DNA of 64,000 nt from Actinomycetota bacterium. GTDB lineage: Bacteria; Actinomycetota; Thermoleophilia; UBA2241. A program made the translations under genes and the position numbers. Positions 62,101-64,000 of this stretch are shown piece by piece (position 1 is the stretch's first letter; the number at the start of each line of letters is the position of its first letter). The DNA is taken from assembly GCA_012514235.1 (NCBI GenBank), contig JAAZAR010000008.1:4593-68592 (forward strand), in the 5' to 3' direction. The notes below the pieces were generated by a model, which was not told the origin of the DNA, did no database searches, and saw nothing but the letters and a program-made list of their open reading frames with translations.

Positions 62101-63437
62101 CCCTGCCCGACAACTGGAGCGAACTCACCCCCGACCAGCGGCTGCAGTGGCGGCTGGACGCCTGGCAGAACATCCCCATCGAGTTCGCCTCTCCCGAGGT
62201 CGCCCAGGAGTATCGCGACCGCGTGCAGTTGTACCGCGACGTGCTCGCCGGCAAGAAGCCTGCGACGGTACCGATCGCTCCCTGGATCGGCCTGTTGCCC
62301 TTCCGCTTCTATGGGCACACCGCCAAGCAGGCCTACTACGACTATGAGATCTTCAAGGAAGACTGGTTCCGCTTCCATGAGGAGACCAGGCCCGACGGCA
62401 TCGGACTCACGTTGGGCATCGTGCCGGGCAAGCTGTTCGACATCCTCGACTACCGCCTCTACACGTGGCCGGGCCACGGCACGCCCGACGACACCTGCTA
62501 CCAGTACAGCGAGCAGGAGTGGATGAAGGGCGACGAGTACGCGGCGCTGATCCAGGACCCGGGCTCGTACTGGCAGCGGTCGTACCTGCCGCGCGTGTTC
62601 GGCGCCATGGAGCCGTTCTCCATGCTGCCGCCGTGGACGGACCTCGTGGAGATCCCCTTCACGGCGCCGTTCTTCGCCGGGTTCTCGGCGCCGCCCGTCA
62701 AGGAGATGCTGCAGAAGCTGGCCGAGGCCGGCGACGCGGCCATGGAGTGGCTGCAGGCGGCGATGGCCGCGGACGGCAGGGTCATGGCCACCCTCGGCAT
62801 CCCGCAGACGGCCGGCGGGGCGACCAAGGCGCCGTACGACACCCTCGGCGACACCATGCGCGGCACGCGCGGGCTCATGCTCGACAAGTTCCGCCAGCCG
62901 GAGAACGTCAAGGCAGCCATGGAGAGGCTCGTGCCGCAGTCGGTGGACTGGGCCAGGCGCTCCAACGACATGACCGGCAACCCCATCGTCTTCATCCCGA
63001 TCCACAAGGGCGCCGACGGGTTCATGAGCGACGCCGACTTCAAGGAGCTGTATTGGCCGACCTTCAAGGCCGTGCTGCTCGGCCTGATCGAAGAGGGTCT
63101 GGTGCCGTGGGTGTTCGTCGAGGGCTCGTACAACGAGCGCCTCGAGGTGATCGCCGACGAGGAGATCCCGGCGCATCGCATGATCTGGATGTTCGACGCC
63201 ACCGACATGCAGCGCGCCAAGGAGATCGTCGGCAAGCGGCAGTGCATCGGCGGCAACGTGCCGGCGGCGCTGTTCGCCATGGGCACCCCGGAGGAGATGG
63301 ACGCCTACGTCAAGGGCCTGCTCGAGACGACGGCTCAGGACGGCGGCTTCATCCTCAGCAGCGGGATCGTCCTGGATGAGGCCGACCCGGCCGCGTACAA
63401 GGCGTTCATCGAGGCGGGACGCAAGTACGGCAGGTGA
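62097..63437 (+). CDS. URO-D-fold putative substrate:corrinoid methyltransferase (MT-C)
   Basis: 446 aa with FIPIHKGADGFMSDADFKELYWPTFKAVL..VFVEGSY..MFD. ATGA overlap with CP5. Confidence 0.7.
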   Translation: MTLPDNWSELTPDQRLQWRLDAWQNIPIEFASPEVAQEYRDRVQLYRDVLAGKKPATVPIAPWIGLLPFRFYGHTAKQAYYDYEIFKEDWFRFHEETRPDGIGLTLGIVPGKLFDILDYRLYTWPGHGTPDDTCYQYSEQEWMKGDEYAALIQDPGSYWQRSYLPRVFGAMEPFSMLPPWTDLVEIPFTAPFFAGFSAPPVKEMLQKLAEAGDAAMEWLQAAMAADGRVMATLGIPQTAGGATKAPYDTLGDTMRGTRGLMLDKFRQPENVKAAMERLVPQSVDWARRSNDMTGNPIVFIPIHKGADGFMSDADFKELYWPTFKAVLLGLIEEGLVPWVFVEGSYNERLEVIADEEIPAHRMIWMFDATDMQRAKEIVGKRQCIGGNVPAALFAMGTPEEMDAYVKGLLETTAQDGGFILSSGIVLDEADPAAYKAFIEAGRKYGR

Positions 63438-63441
63438 GAGA

Positions 63442-63478
63442 GGACGGCGGCGGGGGCGTAGCGCCCCCGCCGCCGTCC
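63442..63478. terminator. Bidirectional terminator-like hairpin between convergent genes
   Basis: A perfect 17-bp stem (GGACGGCGGCGGGGGCG-tag-CGCCCCCGCCGCCGTCC) 5 nt after the MT-C stop. Confidence 0.65.
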
Positions 63479-63493
63479 GCCCGCGTACGGTGC

Positions 63494-63934
63494 TCAGTCG
63501 GGCCAGGACGCCGCGACCCCGGCGCCCTCGGCCCACGCGTGCTGGACGAGCGCGGGCAGCCTGGCCTCGTCGACGCCGAAGACGATCACGTTGAGCGTGA
63601 GCTCGGCGTCGGAGACCGGGCCGGCGTGGCCGCCGGCGATCGCCGGCGCCGCGTCCAGTCTGGTGAGGTGGAAGGCCAGGCCGCCGCCGGCGCCGTTCAC
63701 GCCGCCCTTGATGTGCCCGACCAGCGTGCAGCCTGCTGCTGACAGGGCCGAGGAAAGCGCGGCGAGGAACCGCCTGAGCGCCTGCTCGACGTCGTCACCG
63801 CGTGCCGGCGGGTCGAAGAGGAGGCCGGCGCGCGCGGCGTAGACCGCGGGCGAGGCCGCGTCCGGCACGTGACTCAGGTGCTCGTGTCTGTGCCGGTCGT
63901 CGCCGTGGCGATGCTCGTGACCCGCGCCGCTCAC
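63494..63934 (-). CDS. Small His-rich protein, possibly with a CobW_C-like (COG0523 C-terminal) domain
   Basis: 146 aa. The N-terminus is GHEHRHGDDRHRHEH. The C-terminal part (..GHIKGGV..LNVIVFGVDEARLPALV) loosely resembles the CobW C-terminal domain. GTGA overlap with the upstream gene. Confidence 0.4.
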   Translation of the reverse strand: MSGAGHEHRHGDDRHRHEHLSHVPDAASPAVYAARAGLLFDPPARGDDVEQALRRFLAALSSALSAAGCTLVGHIKGGVNGAGGGLAFHLTRLDAAPAIAGGHAGPVSDAELTLNVIVFGVDEARLPALVQHAWAEGAGVAASWPD

Positions 63935-64000
63935 GACATCGCCCGGAGCAGCGCCGGCATGCCCGCGCCGGTGGCGGCCGAGACCGGCAGGACGAGGGCG
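63931..64000 (-). CDS. 3' end of an unidentified gene (the rest lies outside the window); the tail resembles the C-terminus of a P-loop GTPase
   Basis: The last 22 codons read ..ALVLPVSAATGAGMPALLRAMS*. The SA(x)TG(x)G-type end is typical of small or metallochaperone GTPases, but the fragment is too short to assign. Confidence 0.3.
   Translation of the reverse strand, partial: ALVLPVSAATGAGMPALLRAMS

Noticed and set aside
51453-63437. Pyrrolysine-type in-frame TAG codons or MttB/MtmB/MtbB-type methylamine methyltransferases.
   Set aside because: The three MT ORFs are uninterrupted, with no in-frame stop codons. Their sequences are URO-D-like, not the TIM-barrel MttB superfamily. No pyl genes are seen.

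Overview
This is a high-GC (about 70%) bacterial chromosomal segment. The gene order looks like Actinomycetota: YrdC/Sua5 - glyA - wecA - atp operon - murA, and comF - hpf - secA - prfB. This taxonomic call is an inference from synteny and composition only. Almost all genes are on the + strand, and many are translationally coupled through 4-nt ATGA/GTGA start/stop overlaps.

Gene content, left to right:
- the 3' part of dnaE, then hisZ-G-D-B-H-A-F (no hisC or hisIE)
- a YrdC/Sua5 protein, a PhzF-like isomerase, rpiB, glyA, a dCMP deaminase and wecA
- a complete F1Fo operon (atpZ-like, atpI, atpBEFHAGDC), then murA
- a cell-envelope block: an LCP transferase with a degenerate LCP paralog, a small LAFTG sortase substrate, an O-antigen-ligase/TPR protein, ugd, an NDP-sugar pyrophosphorylase, PMM/PGM and PGI/PMI
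- a nucleoside/SAM-recycling block: a degenerate PNP-like protein, ahcY, mtnA and a second NT-LbH pyrophosphorylase
- comF, hpf, secA, prfB (with the classic +1 frameshift site), a GNAT, adenosine deaminase, a PAS-GGDEF protein, a DEAD-box helicase with a long leader and an RG-rich N-terminus, tRNA-Val and a TrpG/PabA-type amidotransferase

The most unusual region is 49.2-63.5 kb. It carries:
- five paralogous cobalamin-binding (DxHDxGK) corrinoid proteins
- three URO-D-fold methyltransferase-like proteins, each start/stop-coupled to a corrinoid protein
- two HutC/GntR regulators, each co-transcribed with its own divergent-type corrinoid protein
- a Liv-type ABC importer whose second permease and both ATPases are fused into one 865-aa polypeptide
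- shared AT-rich operator-like motifs at the promoters

No methyl-acceptor (MT II) gene and no reductive activase gene are visible in the window. I read this region as a multi-module corrinoid-dependent methyl-transfer (demethylase-like) system with a B12-protein/GntR regulatory pair. I cannot match this architecture to any described system. Its substrate cannot be deduced from sequence.

No CRISPR arrays, rRNA genes or mobile elements were seen. The many long antisense ORFs are high-GC artefacts.
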